DNA of 64,000 nt, taken from the NCBI GenBank assembly GCA_965248755.1, contig OZ252149.1, positions 544,001 through 608,000 of the forward strand, in the 5' to 3' direction. How positions within the stretch are numbered: position 1 is the stretch's first letter; every line of letters begins with the position of its first letter. Position numbers and translations under genes: made by a program. The notes below the pieces were generated by a model that saw nothing but the letters and a program-made list of their open reading frames with translations, made no database searches and was not told where the DNA came from. Source of the stretch: Candidatus Latescibacterota bacterium (GTDB lineage: Bacteria > Latescibacterota > CBDEFO01). Below are positions 1-9,737 of the stretch, in pieces.

Positions 1-363
1 GACGTCAGGACCCTCCTTGGACTTACCTCTATCTATCTGTCCTAGGATCCTGTTCACCTCACTGCTCCTCAATGGCTCGGGGTTTTTCCCGGAGCCCACA
101 AAGCTTGTGACCCCCGGTACGTTTGTCACCAAGTACCAGGTGTCCCTATCTACTTCCATTTCCACAAGTACATAACTCGGAAGAAACTTCTTGGTCAAAG
201 TCATTCTCCGTCCATCCTTTATCTCCATGACTTCCTCAGTAGGGACTACTACTCTGCCTATCCTCTCTTCAAGATCTGAAATGGCAATAGCGTTCTCCAG
301 ATAGTTTTTCACCTTATTTTCGTGTCCAGAATAAGTATGGATAACGTACCACTTTTTCGCCAT
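1..363 (-). CDS. nusG: Transcription termination/antitermination factor NusG (3' part runs off the window)
   Basis: Manual translation from ATG at 363: MAKKWYVIHTYSGHENKVKNYLE...KKFLPSYVLVEME...WYLVTNVPGVTSFVG; follows secE. Confidence 0.95.
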   Translation of the reverse strand, partial: MAKKWYVIHTYSGHENKVKNYLENAIAISDLEERIGRVVVPTEEVMEIKDGRRMTLTKKFLPSYVLVEMEVDRDTWYLVTNVPGVTSFVGSGKNPEPLRSSEVNRILGQIDRGKSKEGPDV

Positions 364-375
364 TATAAGGTACCC

Positions 376-558
376 CTACTTGACCAGTTCCAAAAATTTG
401 GCTAATATATTATCCACAAGAAAAATAAACACTGCAAACGCTAAGCTTGTAACTATCACGACGCCAGTAGAGCTTGTCAATTCCTCCCTTGTTGGCCAGG
501 TCACCTTGCTCATTTCGCTTTTAACCTCTTTTAGAAACTGTGTGGGCTTTTTGAACAT
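376..558 (-). CDS. secE: Preprotein translocase subunit SecE
   Basis: FLKEVKSEMSKVTWPTREEL motif plus one TM helix; between tRNA-Trp and nusG. Confidence 0.95.
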   Translation of the reverse strand: MFKKPTQFLKEVKSEMSKVTWPTREELTSSTGVVIVTSLAFAVFIFLVDNILAKFLELVK

Positions 559-590
559 CTTTTCCTTTTTCGTTACTACGTATTAGAAAT

Positions 591-668
591 TGGCAGGCCA
601 GGGGGGACTCGAACCCCCAACCATCGGATTTGGAGTCCGGCGCTCTAGCCAATTAGAGCTACTGGCCT
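591..668 (-). tRNA. tRNA-Trp (CCA)
   Basis: Reverse complement folds as a cloverleaf, anticodon loop CTCCAAA, TTCGAG T-loop, encoded CCA end. Confidence 0.95.
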
Positions 669-675
669 TCAAAGT

Positions 676-828
676 CTATCTAGTCTCCTTATGAACTGTG
701 TGGGTCCTGCAGAGTGGACAAAACTTCTTATATTCTACCCTGTCGGGATGAAGTCTTCTGTTTTTGGTCGTCCTGTAGTTTCGCCTGTTGCAGACTCCGC
801 ACACTAAAATTATCAAATCTCTTGGCAT
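676..828 (-). CDS. rpmG: 50S ribosomal protein L33 (zinc-ribbon type)
   Basis: Manual translation [50 protein letters not shown]; too short for the ORF track. Confidence 0.95.
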   Translation of the reverse strand: MPRDLIILVCGVCNRRNYRTTKNRRLHPDRVEYKKFCPLCRTHTVHKETR

Positions 829-949
829 TTATAGATTCCGAATAACATCTGATTCAAGATAGGCGTAGCGTCAAAAGCCACCTGCGAGGGCACAAAGGGC
901 AGGTTTACATACTTAAAGGAGACTACTTACGATTCCCAAAGATTCAAAA

Positions 950-1025
950 TGGAGCCGACGACCGGAATCGAACCGGTGACCTCATCTCTACCAAAGATGT
1001 GCTCTACCTACTGAGCTACGTCGGC
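950..1025 (-). tRNA. tRNA-Thr (GGT)
   Basis: Cloverleaf, anticodon arm CATCT-TTGGTAG-AGATG, CCA end. Confidence 0.93.
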
Positions 1026-1205
1026 CCTATTATCAAAGCAGAGATGTTACTGTCACACCCAGATAGAACAAGATGGATTATCTTTCTATCCGATCTACAG
1101 CCTTCTTAAAGGAGAATTCCGAGCCTTTGGACCATTCGGCTATAGAAAAAGGGAAAAACATAACCCGCAACATTTAAAAGCCATCACGGGTTTGTATCTT
1201 GTTAG

Positions 1206-1281
1206 TGGAGCGGGAAACGGGATTCGAACCCGCGACCACCGGCTTGGAAGGCCGGAGCTCTACCATCTGAGCTATTCCCGC
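1206..1281 (-). tRNA. tRNA-Gly (TCC)
   Basis: Cloverleaf, anticodon arm CCGGC-CTTCCAA-GCCGG, CCA end. Confidence 0.95.
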
Positions 1282-1296
1282 CTGAGCTATTCCCGC
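1267..1296. repeat. Perfect 15-bp tandem duplication of the tRNA-Gly 5' end
   Basis: CTGAGCTATTCCCGC at 1267-1281 and again at 1282-1296. Confidence 0.9.
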
Positions 1297-1470
1297 GTAT
1301 AGCAACTACCTCATCGCCTCAACTTACGCAGGCATATCCAGACTTAATAATATAAGTGGATTTGAATCCTATGTCAAGAAATTTTTGTATATTTTTTCTT
1401 TTTGAATCCCCGAAAAGATCGACTCCCGATCTGTTGGGCAAACAGGGAGTCTTTAGTCTATTCAATAGTA

Positions 1471-1555
1471 TGGTGGGGAGGGAAGGATTCGAACCTTCGA
1501 AGGCAACGCCGACAGATTTACAGTCTGTTCCCTTTGACCACTTGGGTACCCCCCC
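1471..1555 (-). tRNA. tRNA-Tyr (GTA)
   Basis: Cloverleaf with long variable arm, anticodon arm ACAGA-CTGTAAA-TCTGT, CCA end. Confidence 0.95.
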
Positions 1556-1762
1556 AAAGATAGGTGATAACTATCGAGAATAACAGTGCTACCCCTTATG
1601 GAACGGGCTTGTCCAATTGAGGAAGGCTTGCCTGGAAACATAGAAAATATTTATTGAAAAGTCAAGGGAAATCTCGCCGTGGGGTTTACCCTGGACCCCT
1701 CAGAAATGTTTATTATGTTGAGCAAGGCGCTTGGGCTGCCCGTAGCGTAAAGGGACAGAGTC

Positions 1763-2512
1763 TTAATCCTTGGCCAGAAGTCCCAGTGCCTCCTGTTGCA
1801 TCTTTGTCAGCTCCTCAATGCCCTTTCTGGCAAGGGCTATCATCTTGTTCATTTGATCCTCTGAGAACGTCCCACCTTCGGCGGTTCCCTGTACCTCTAC
1901 AAATTTTCCCGATCCAGTCATGACAACGTTCATGTCAACTTGGGCCGAAGAATCCTCCTCGTAACAGAGATCTAGAGACGGAACTCCCCCGACTATTCCC
2001 ACGCTTACCGCCGCCACCGAGTCAGTTATAGGATCCTTTTCTATTATCTCCTGCTCCAACATTGCCCAGATGGCCTCCTTTAGGGCCACATAAGCTCCCG
2101 TTATGGCGGCCGTCCTTGTGCCGCCGTCAGCCTGTATGACGTCGCAGTCTATATCGATAGTCCTTTCTCCTATCTGATTCAGATCGATAATGGCCCTTAG
2201 AGATCTTCCGATGAGCCGCTGTATTTCAAAGGTTCTGCCCCTGACCCTTCCCGAAATCGATTCCCTGGTGTTTCTGGTTTTGGTAGCACGCGGCAACATG
2301 CCGTATTCTGAGGTAAGCCAGCCCTTTCCTGTATTATAAAGGAACGGTGGAACGCGGTCTTCCAGGCTGACAGAACAGATAACCTTTGTATTTCCCATCT
2401 GTATCAGAACCGATCCCTCTGCATGTATGAGATAGCTTCTTGTAATCTGAACAGGCCTCAGCCGGTCGGGTCGTTTTCCAGCCGTCCGAGCAGAGCCTCC
2501 ATCAAAAGTCAA
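1763..2512 (-). CDS. rph: Ribonuclease PH
   Basis: [55 protein letters not shown] motifs. Confidence 0.97.
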   Translation of the reverse strand: MTFDGGSARTAGKRPDRLRPVQITRSYLIHAEGSVLIQMGNTKVICSVSLEDRVPPFLYNTGKGWLTSEYGMLPRATKTRNTRESISGRVRGRTFEIQRLIGRSLRAIIDLNQIGERTIDIDCDVIQADGGTRTAAITGAYVALKEAIWAMLEQEIIEKDPITDSVAAVSVGIVGGVPSLDLCYEEDSSAQVDMNVVMTGSGKFVEVQGTAEGGTFSEDQMNKMIALARKGIEELTKMQQEALGLLAKD

Positions 2513-3420
2513 TTCGTCCCCCCTATCTCAAAAGATCTTTCCAGTTTGAGGCGATAATCGGGCGATTTTACATTAACGATGTGACACATCTCCGCAAAAC
2601 GGGAATATATTCTGCCTCCCGCCAAAGATTTCACCTCGTCCAGGTTCAGGTTAGTCGTAACCGAAGTCAACCTCTCCTGCCCGTATCTGGTATCCACAAG
2701 GTCGTAAAGCATCTCTTTTTCCCAATCTGTATTGCGTTGGACACCGAAGTCGTCTATAACAAGGAAGGACACTTTACTTACGTACTCTACTATTTCGAAA
2801 GCGCGTCCGTAATCATCGCTCCCACGGTTGAAGGTGTCCCTGAGCTTTTGGAAATAACTAGAGGATAGGTTAAGATATCTCCCCTGTCTTTGGCAGTGCA
2901 GCATAAGCTCATTCAATAAGATGCATCCTGCCATGGTCTTCCCATTCCCAGTGTTTCCCCATAAAAAGAGACCCCTACATGGAACGCCACTTTCGCACTT
3001 TTCGACTATGTTGCTTATAAGACCTTTCAATTGAGGGACTCCCCTAATTTCAGCACCCGTGGGGTCCTTTTCTTTATAGTCTTTCAGAAACTTGAACTTA
3101 AATCTTTCGGGGATATCCGAAGCTGCGAATATTCGCTCCACCTTGTCTATCTTGTTGCGATACTCCCGGCACTGGCAGAATCTGGCCTGATCTCCTTCAA
3201 AATACTGGTAGGGGCTTTCTCCGCTGCACTGACAGATAACATTGCTGCAATCGCAGATGTCGAATATCCCACCTTTTTTCCCACTGCGGTAGTAGATTCC
3301 TATGCCATCGCATTTTTTGCACATCTTCAGGCTCCAGACAATTCTTGCAGAGCATAAAAAGCTCACCTTCGACGACGTACCGGTCGCAAGGACTAGAACA
3401 AGGCCGGGCTTAACCTTCAC
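2509..3420 (-). CDS. DnaC/IstB-like AAA+ ATP-binding protein with Cys-rich N-terminus (start may be ATG at 3324)
   Basis: Walker A GNTGNGKT, Walker [33 protein letters not shown]-terminal CKKC/CDC/CQC/CQC. Confidence 0.8.
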   Translation of the reverse strand: MKVKPGLVLVLATGTSSKVSFLCSARIVWSLKMCKKCDGIGIYYRSGKKGGIFDICDCSNVICQCSGESPYQYFEGDQARFCQCREYRNKIDKVERIFAASDIPERFKFKFLKDYKEKDPTGAEIRGVPQLKGLISNIVEKCESGVPCRGLFLWGNTGNGKTMAGCILLNELMLHCQRQGRYLNLSSSYFQKLRDTFNRGSDDYGRAFEIVEYVSKVSFLVIDDFGVQRNTDWEKEMLYDLVDTRYGQERLTSVTTNLNLDEVKSLAGGRIYSRFAEMCHIVNVKSPDYRLKLERSFEIGGTN

Positions 3421-4924
3421 TCAGTTCAGACTCGTGCTCGATCTTAAATTCCTTGACTGCCTCATAGATAGCCCTTGCTATCTTCTGGCGGAACGAGGTC
3501 CTTTTTAAGAGCTTTTCCTCTGTGGGATTGGATAAGAACGCTGTCTCGACCAGCACGCTGGGCATATTTGCAAGTGTTCCCTTCATCACATAGAAGCCCG
3601 CCTGTTTAACCCCCCTGTTCTTCAGGTTTGGGATTTTACTCATCTCGTCCTGTATCAAAGCTGCAAGGTCCTGGCTTTCTTTCAGGAAATTGCCGGACGC
3701 CATATCTAAAAGGACCTCGTACTGTATATCCCTCAACACGAAGTCCTGGGGATCTACGGAGGCTATCCCGGGGACGCCCGTGTCAAAAGCTAAAACTGAA
3801 TTTTCCTTTTGGGCGACCTGTTTTGCTTCCTCCGTCTCAGCCTCAGATAGAAAATACGTCTCCGACCCTTCGACTCTCCTCGACTTATTCGAATTGCAGT
3901 GGATACTTATGAAGACCTTGCCTCTGTCCTTCGTGGCTATCCGAGAGCGCTCCGTAAGGGGGACATAAACGTCAGATGATCTCGTCAGTACCGTTTGAAC
4001 CTTGAGGCGCTCTTTCAACAACTTACCTAGCCTTTTTGCAACGTCCAACGTTACGTCCTTCTCCTTAAGGCCTGTTGGCCCTATAGAACCCGAGTCTTTG
4101 CCTCCGTGTCCCGGATCTATAATTACGGTATTTATAGACCACGTCTCCTGGTCAATCTCTATCTCCTGAGCCCTCCTTAATGACAGGACGATCTGTCTGG
4201 GACTGTCCCTCGTGGTGATGTCGTAGTTGCTTATGTCTTTATCAAGGAGAAACAAAATTTGAGCTGAGTCTTTATTTTGTACAGCCAGTATCTTTCTAAC
4301 TGCTCCTTTTTTGGGAGATCTCTCTATCTTCTCAGGGTCAAGGCTCCCCCCAGAGACCGTTAGGTGCAGCCACTTAGGTTTACTGGTGTAGTCCTCTATC
4401 TCTTCTAACTTAAAATCTTTTTCGGTATATATAAAGACAATCGTCCCGTTGGTTCTTTCCTCTATCCTTAAAGAGGAGATATTGGCCACAGATGTCTCAA
4501 CCACAAGGGTTTTGAACTTTTCCTGCCATCGGAGCTTCCCGGGAACAGTCTTGCTCAGAAAATGAACAAAGGTTTTGGCTGGAACATAAACAGAACCCTG
4601 ATGGAGAAGGGAGGGAAGAGATAGGTTGTAGCTGTTGTCGTCAACGATGATCAGAGGACTAAACGCTGTAAGGGTGATACGGCTATCGCCCATTCTAAGG
4701 ACCATCTTTTTGGTCAGAGGATTCCAGTAGGGCAACTGCAGACCGTCGAATTGACGCCCCAGCGATATGGCTGATATGTAGGTCACCTCGTCAATCGTTA
4801 CGATGTCTAGCTTTCCCTCTTGGCTCCCGTCAGTATAGATGACCTTAGCTTCTTCAGCTAGTACATCTGTCCAGAATATCGCAAAAACAAAAATAAGAGC
4901 GGCAAACAATATGATCCTTAGCAT
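3410..4924 (-). CDS. N-acetylmuramoyl-L-alanine amidase (Amidase_3, AmiC-like) with signal peptide
   Basis: VIIDPGHGGKDSG, EKDVTL, FISIHCNS, MPSVLVETAFLSN. Confidence 0.93.
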   Translation of the reverse strand: MLRIILFAALIFVFAIFWTDVLAEEAKVIYTDGSQEGKLDIVTIDEVTYISAISLGRQFDGLQLPYWNPLTKKMVLRMGDSRITLTAFSPLIIVDDNSYNLSLPSLLHQGSVYVPAKTFVHFLSKTVPGKLRWQEKFKTLVVETSVANISSLRIEERTNGTIVFIYTEKDFKLEEIEDYTSKPKWLHLTVSGGSLDPEKIERSPKKGAVRKILAVQNKDSAQILFLLDKDISNYDITTRDSPRQIVLSLRRAQEIEIDQETWSINTVIIDPGHGGKDSGSIGPTGLKEKDVTLDVAKRLGKLLKERLKVQTVLTRSSDVYVPLTERSRIATKDRGKVFISIHCNSNKSRRVEGSETYFLSEAETEEAKQVAQKENSVLAFDTGVPGIASVDPQDFVLRDIQYEVLLDMASGNFLKESQDLAALIQDEMSKIPNLKNRGVKQAGFYVMKGTLANMPSVLVETAFLSNPTEEKLLKRTSFRQKIARAIYEAVKEFKIEHESELSEG

Positions 4925-5028
4925 AATACTCTCAAATCCCCCAATGATAAGTGGACAGCATACAGGGACGGTAGATAGTCTAAGTGAGATTGCTTCGCTA
5001 TCCCAAGGGAGGGAGGGAGGTGGCCTGT

Positions 5029-5481
5029 CTACTGTCTACTTGCTTTGAGGGCCCTGTCGATCTCCATCTGCGCTGCTTTTCTTGCCATATCCTCGCGCTT
5101 GTCGAACACCCTTTTGCCCTTTGCCAGTGCAATCTCGACCTTAGCTTTTCCTGAGCTGTTGAAATATACCTTCAGCGGGACGAGCGTTAGCCCGCGCTCT
5201 TGGACCCTTCCGATGAGCTTCTTTATTTCGTATTTGTGCAACAACAATTTTCTGACCCTTTCAGGATCGTGGTTGTGCACTCCGCCCTGTTCGTATGCGC
5301 TTATGTGCATATTGTAAAGCTGTACCTGGCCCTTTTCGACCCTTGCATAGCTGTCCTTTAAGTTGGCTTTGCCCTGTCTTAAGGATTTTACCTCAGTGCC
5401 TTTTAGTTCTATTCCGGCTTCAATTGCGTCGAGTATATGGTAATCGTGCCGAGCGCGCCGGTTTTGTGTTATGATCTTCAT
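5029..5481 (-). CDS. smpB: SsrA-binding protein SmpB
   Basis: NRRARHDYHILDAIEAGIELKGTEVKSLR, RKLLLHKYEI, GKRVFDKRE. Confidence 0.97.
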   Translation of the reverse strand: MKIITQNRRARHDYHILDAIEAGIELKGTEVKSLRQGKANLKDSYARVEKGQVQLYNMHISAYEQGGVHNHDPERVRKLLLHKYEIKKLIGRVQERGLTLVPLKVYFNSSGKAKVEIALAKGKRVFDKREDMARKAAQMEIDRALKASRQ

Positions 5482-5587
5482 CTTCTACATATATCCTTCA
5501 CAGCTTCCACCAACGTATCGAGTTCTCTTTCCAGCGTAAAGAACCTCACAGACACTCTAACACCGTCGAATCTCAGCTCCGTGGATC
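5478..5587 (-). pseudogene. 3' remnant of a class-V PLP aminotransferase/cysteine desulfurase-like gene
   Basis: Manual translation ...DGVRVSVRFFTLERELDTLVEAVKDICRR*, resembling the class-V C-terminal RxSxxxxNxxEEID motif; stop overlaps smpB ATG; cut off upstream by the MITE. Confidence 0.5.
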
Positions 5588-5842
5588 TGGCCTGATTAAT
5601 TCATAAATTTCGTGAAGTCATTGCGAGGAGCAAAGCGGTCCCCGATAGAATCAATCGGAGAAGCAATCTCAAGGTTTTATAGTGGTCTCCTATGAGATCC
5701 GGAGACTATTACATCTACAACAGAATCCAGATTGCTTCGCCTTCGGCTCGCAATGACACCGAAGGTGGTTAAACAGCATAACTATAATATAATACAATCT
5801 CTTAATTAATACACAGCCCTTTTTTGTGAATTATTCGGGTTA
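5588..5842 (-). mobile_element. MITE family A, copy 1 (about 255 bp, REP-like GTCATTGCGAG/GAAGCAATC hairpins inside)
   Basis: Reverse complement aligns along its length with 14829-15103; ends TAACCCGAATAATTCA / TGAATTAATCAGGCCA. Confidence 0.8.
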
Positions 5843-6194
5843 GAAGATCTACTATGTGTTTGTGCTGTCGAGATCTGCTCAGAACAGGGATCTCCTGCCC
5901 TCCTTCGACTATGAGCTTTTTCCAATTTAACTCTACGGCCGCGTCTATTGAGTCTTTTGTCTCCTCTATGAAGTCCTCTCTGTTGGAGGGATCGACCAGC
6001 GATCCGCAGGAGTTGAGAAAAGCTGCTATCTCCATGCCAGATACTGAAGCCGTTGACTTGACGGCATCCAGCTCCTTGTCCCTCCATCTCCAAAACTCAA
6101 ATGCCTTAAGACCAGCAGAACCCAGCTTTCTTATCCTCTCCTTGATCGGAAGGTCCTTATAGAAAGATTCTATGCATCCTGAAAGTCTGATCAG
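5802..6194 (-). pseudogene. 5' fragment of a hydroxypyruvate isomerase (Hyi)-like TIM-barrel gene, truncated by the MITE
   Basis: In-frame upstream extension LIRLSGCIESFYKDLPIKERIRKLGSAGLKAFEFWRWRDKELD...SLVDPSNREDFIEETKDSIDAAVEL; frame ends inside the MITE. Confidence 0.7.
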
Positions 6195-6215
6195 TGGATC
6201 TGTCCTTGTGAGACC

Positions 6216-7448
6216 TTATCTTCCAGGATACGCCCTGTTTTCAAGCTCAGCGATGAACTTCTCGGCCTCTATGGCAGCCGCCGCTCCCGTCCCTGCCGCC
6301 GTAATCGCCTGGCGGAAGACGTAATCCTGCACATCCCCGGCGGCAAAGACACCTTCGATATTTGTGTGCTGGACCCTGTCAGTTATGATGTAACCCACCT
6401 CGTCCATTTCGATCTGACCTTTGAAGATCTCCGTGTTGGGATAGTGGCCGATGAAGATGAACACTCCATCAACAGGCTTTATCGCCTCCTCGTCTGTCTT
6501 GACGTTCAAGAGACGGCTGGAAGTAACACCATTTCCGTCCCCGATAATCTCGGTGACTTTTGTATCCCAGATGAAGTCTATTTTATCATTTTTCCTGGCT
6601 CTGGTCTGAAGGATCTCGCTGGCTCTCAGTCTGTCTCTCCTGTGGATCATGGTCACCCTGGTGGCAAATCTGGTCAGGAACATCCCTTCCTCCACGGCGG
6701 CATCTCCTCCTCCGACCACTACTATTTCCTTGTCCTTGAAGAAGAACCCGTCGCATGTAGCGCAGTAGGACACACCCTTTCCTATGTATTCCTGCTCTCC
6801 GGGAATCTGCAGCATTCTGGGGGATGAGCCTGTGCTTATCACCACAGCTTTTGCGATATACTCAGTGTCATGCGTCCACGCTTTGAAGGGATAGCTCAAG
6901 AAATCCACCTTGTGCACGTAGTCGTACACTATCTTAGCTCCGAATCGCTCCGCCTGCGCTGTCATCTCCGCAACAAGTTCGGGTCCCTTTATTCCGTTTG
7001 TAAAACCCGGATAGTTTTCTATGTCCTCCGTAATAGATATCTGTCCTCCATGCTCCTTACCCGTTACCACTACGGTATCGAGTTCCGCCCTTCCAGCGTA
7101 GAGCGCAGCGGTCAGTCCGGCAGGTCCTGAGCCTATTATGAGGATCTCTGTAGACTTTGAATTGCCATTCCCCCGGTTTTCCTCTTTTGTTTGGTCCGAT
7201 GCCATATCGTCTAATTCCCCTGAAACTGCTAAGTTGTAAAGATCGTCATCGTCTCCTACGTACTTATCGTCTATGAATATCTGAGGGACGTCTCTGCGTC
7301 CCCCTGTCAGCTCCATTATTTTGTCCCTCATTTCCAAATTTCCGAATATATTTATCTCCTGGTAGGCGATTTTCAATCCATCGAGTATCTTTTTAGCCCT
7401 GTCGCAGTAAGAACAGTATTCCGTCGTGTAGATCTTGACCTTCTTCAT
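6216..7448 (-). CDS. trxB: Glutaredoxin-thioredoxin-disulfide reductase fusion
   Basis: N-terminal Grx domain (CSYC, DVPQIFIDDKYVG) followed by TrxB (IIGSGPAGLTAA, GVSYCATCDGFFF, VVGGGDAAVEEG, HRRD, GDVQD..RQAITAAGTG). Confidence 0.92.
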   Translation of the reverse strand: MKKVKIYTTEYCSYCDRAKKILDGLKIAYQEINIFGNLEMRDKIMELTGGRRDVPQIFIDDKYVGDDDDLYNLAVSGELDDMASDQTKEENRGNGNSKSTEILIIGSGPAGLTAALYAGRAELDTVVVTGKEHGGQISITEDIENYPGFTNGIKGPELVAEMTAQAERFGAKIVYDYVHKVDFLSYPFKAWTHDTEYIAKAVVISTGSSPRMLQIPGEQEYIGKGVSYCATCDGFFFKDKEIVVVGGGDAAVEEGMFLTRFATRVTMIHRRDRLRASEILQTRARKNDKIDFIWDTKVTEIIGDGNGVTSSRLLNVKTDEEAIKPVDGVFIFIGHYPNTEIFKGQIEMDEVGYIITDRVQHTNIEGVFAAGDVQDYVFRQAITAAGTGAAAAIEAEKFIAELENRAYPGR

Positions 7449-7727
7449 TAGCCCCTTATTCCCACGGCTTTTTCGGCTTACTCAGTTAAGTTTGAGGCGA
7501 ATAACTACAGTTTTGAAGTATAAGATAGACGGCAGGGAAAGTCAAGAATGAAAATCCGAAGCCAGACACATGAACTACTAAGCGTAAGGAAAGTCCCATA
7601 TCTCGGGGCATAACTCAAGAACGATTATTCTTCAATCCCAAATAGATGCGGTCGGTGATCTGCGTCCTTCAAACACACAGCGGAAACTTGGCAAGTATTA
7701 AGGCTATCCGACTTTCTCCTATCCTGC

Positions 7728-8453
7728 CTAGCCCATCTTGCTCAAGAAATACACCCAAATCACACCTGACGCTGCATAAGGAACCCACAGTCCAAATACG
7801 ATGCTTGTCCCCTTGCTCGTGGACATTCTGGCTACAATCCCTATTCCTATTGCCAGGATACAAAGATACCAGATTGTGAAAATATCGATCTTGTATGCGA
7901 CAGCGTACCAGACGGAGTCCTCCATATCGGGTGGCAACAGGAAAGTCAGACTTGTAAGGACCTCCATTGTCCCCTTGTTCAACATCAAAAGTGTCTTAAC
8001 GACTGTCTCCACAGTTACTATCAACCAACTGTAAGACACGACTGAAAACATCTGTGTGTAGTCCGTCTTTCCTCCCAGTACCACATTCACCATAAACAAA
8101 AACACAACCGCCTGCACAAGAGCCGTAAAGATAACACCTATGCCTCCTCCGACCGCAGTCATCGCACCCATTTGGCCTTCTGCCTGCCACAACTGCTCTA
8201 ACATCTCCTGCTTCTGCTCAGAAGACATACTCTCATTCTTCTCAATTGCAACTCTTTGCTGCTCTACCATAAGCGGTCTTAAAGCATTTCCCGCAGCGAT
8301 TACCACAATCACAGCAATAAGAAGCGGAACCGCCCAGTCGATCCAATGCATTTCATCTCTTACGGCCTCAAACGTCCTTTTAGGCGAGAAGAAAACCCCA
8401 ACTATCCTTGACATCAGCAGAACGTTGTCCCGCTTTGAAGTCTCATCTGACAT
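7728..8453 (-). CDS. Yip1-family membrane protein
   Basis: RIVGVFFSPKRTFEAV motif, multiple TM helices, IDIFTIWY. Confidence 0.75.
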   Translation of the reverse strand: MSDETSKRDNVLLMSRIVGVFFSPKRTFEAVRDEMHWIDWAVPLLIAVIVVIAAGNALRPLMVEQQRVAIEKNESMSSEQKQEMLEQLWQAEGQMGAMTAVGGGIGVIFTALVQAVVFLFMVNVVLGGKTDYTQMFSVVSYSWLIVTVETVVKTLLMLNKGTMEVLTSLTFLLPPDMEDSVWYAVAYKIDIFTIWYLCILAIGIGIVARMSTSKGTSIVFGLWVPYAASGVIWVYFLSKMG

Positions 8454-8558
8454 AAATGAATTACCTCATTTGATTATCTTGGATTCCAAAAACGATAGAA
8501 TTGGGATCGCTTCGCTTTGCTTTTATGACGTTGCTCGACCTCGGCCTTCCGTGCACTT

Positions 8559-9248
8559 TCACGTACCACCCTCAAACAATATAACGTGAACCTCCTTGGG
8601 ACCGTGCACACCTGTAGCTAAAGTAAGCTCAATATCCGCAGTCTTACTTGGCCCCGTAATGAAATTTATGCAGTTCGGTGTATTTTGGACTAGTCCTTCA
8701 TCCTTAAAAGCGGCAAAAAGATCGAAAAGATCGGGGACCACCTGTTTTGGCTCCACAAAGGCAACGTGAATCGGGGGAAGGAGACTAACGGAACGTCCTC
8801 TGTGGGAATCTGACACCAACACCAGTGTCCCTGTCTCGCCGACAGCCCAATCTACGTCTGAAATCCCCATGTCCGCGTTGAACATTATCTCAACTTTGTT
8901 ATCGTCATCCTTCAGTTGGTCCCACCTCCATACTTTAACGCCATTGGCCTTTAAGGCACCCTCCATTTTCAACCTATCCCAAAGCGGGAAATCCCATCTG
9001 ATAATAGATTCGACTCTACTTTCTTTTATGATTTTCAGCATCACATCGATGGTCTCATCCCTATCCTTCGTCCTATAGACCCTCATCCCCACCTTTTGTG
9101 CCTCAGACGCAAAATGCTCTAAAATGTCGTCTCCCGCCCCCAGGTAACCCGCGTTTTCATCCACATTGTGATCGTGATCGTAGTCGAATGTCCCCCTGCT
9201 CAAAGCCCTCTTCACTCTGGCTAAAAACATGTCCTTAGACGTGCTCAT
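8559..9248 (-). CDS. lutC: Lactate utilization protein C (LUD domain)
   Basis: AVGETGTLV, RSVSLLPPIHVA, FITGPSKTADIELTLATGVHGP. Confidence 0.9.
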   Translation of the reverse strand: MSTSKDMFLARVKRALSRGTFDYDHDHNVDENAGYLGAGDDILEHFASEAQKVGMRVYRTKDRDETIDVMLKIIKESRVESIIRWDFPLWDRLKMEGALKANGVKVWRWDQLKDDDNKVEIMFNADMGISDVDWAVGETGTLVLVSDSHRGRSVSLLPPIHVAFVEPKQVVPDLFDLFAAFKDEGLVQNTPNCINFITGPSKTADIELTLATGVHGPKEVHVILFEGGT

Positions 9249-9257
9249 CTTTTTACC

Positions 9258-9590
9258 CTATCGCTTGAGTTTCTTTATCTCCATTACCAGAATAAAAAGG
9301 CCCAGCCCCAGGATAATTGTCCCTATGATACTCTGGAAAGAGCTGATCCTGGTGTAAAACACGTCAGCCGACTCACCCCAGGGGATGCTCATTTGGCCGG
9401 CGTCCATTTTACGGTAGACATCGCTCTTCCATTTCTCTATTATTATTAAACCTATCACATCTGTCCACGCTATATAGATTGCAAGGAACATAAGTCCCTT
9501 CAGATGCACAGTAGCGTAAGCCCAGATAGCCGTCGCCATAAGAACGATCTTCAATATAAAGACAAGGATCGCTATCACAGAATCGAACAT
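9258..9590 (-). CDS. Small hypothetical membrane protein between lutB and lutC
   Basis: ATG at 9590 after AAGGAGG; three hydrophobic segments; the longer ORF-track start lies in repeat DNA. Confidence 0.6.
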   Translation of the reverse strand: MFDSVIAILVFILKIVLMATAIWAYATVHLKGLMFLAIYIAWTDVIGLIIIEKWKSDVYRKMDAGQMSIPWGESADVFYTRISSFQSIIGTIILGLGLFILVMEIKKLKR

Positions 9591-9737
9591 AGCATCTACC
9601 TCCTTAATAAGTAAACAGTAATCAGTAGACAGGAGCCCATCCTCCCCCCTACGACCGTCATTGCGAGCAAAGCTAAGCAATCTCGTAGACAGTAGACGGG
9701 GAGGAGTAGGGATGCCCTGTCTACTAACTACTGTCTA

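Noticed and set aside
1356..1923. Plus-strand ORFs over tRNA-Tyr and rph, and the many other antisense ORFs in the track
   Set aside because: They overlap well-supported genes on the opposite strand and show no motifs
2509..3420. IS21 element
   Set aside because: No istA gene or terminal repeats; gene overlaps housekeeping neighbours
4925..5600. tmRNA (ssrA) next to smpB
   Set aside because: No tRNA-Ala-like ends found; flanks are repeats and a gene remnant
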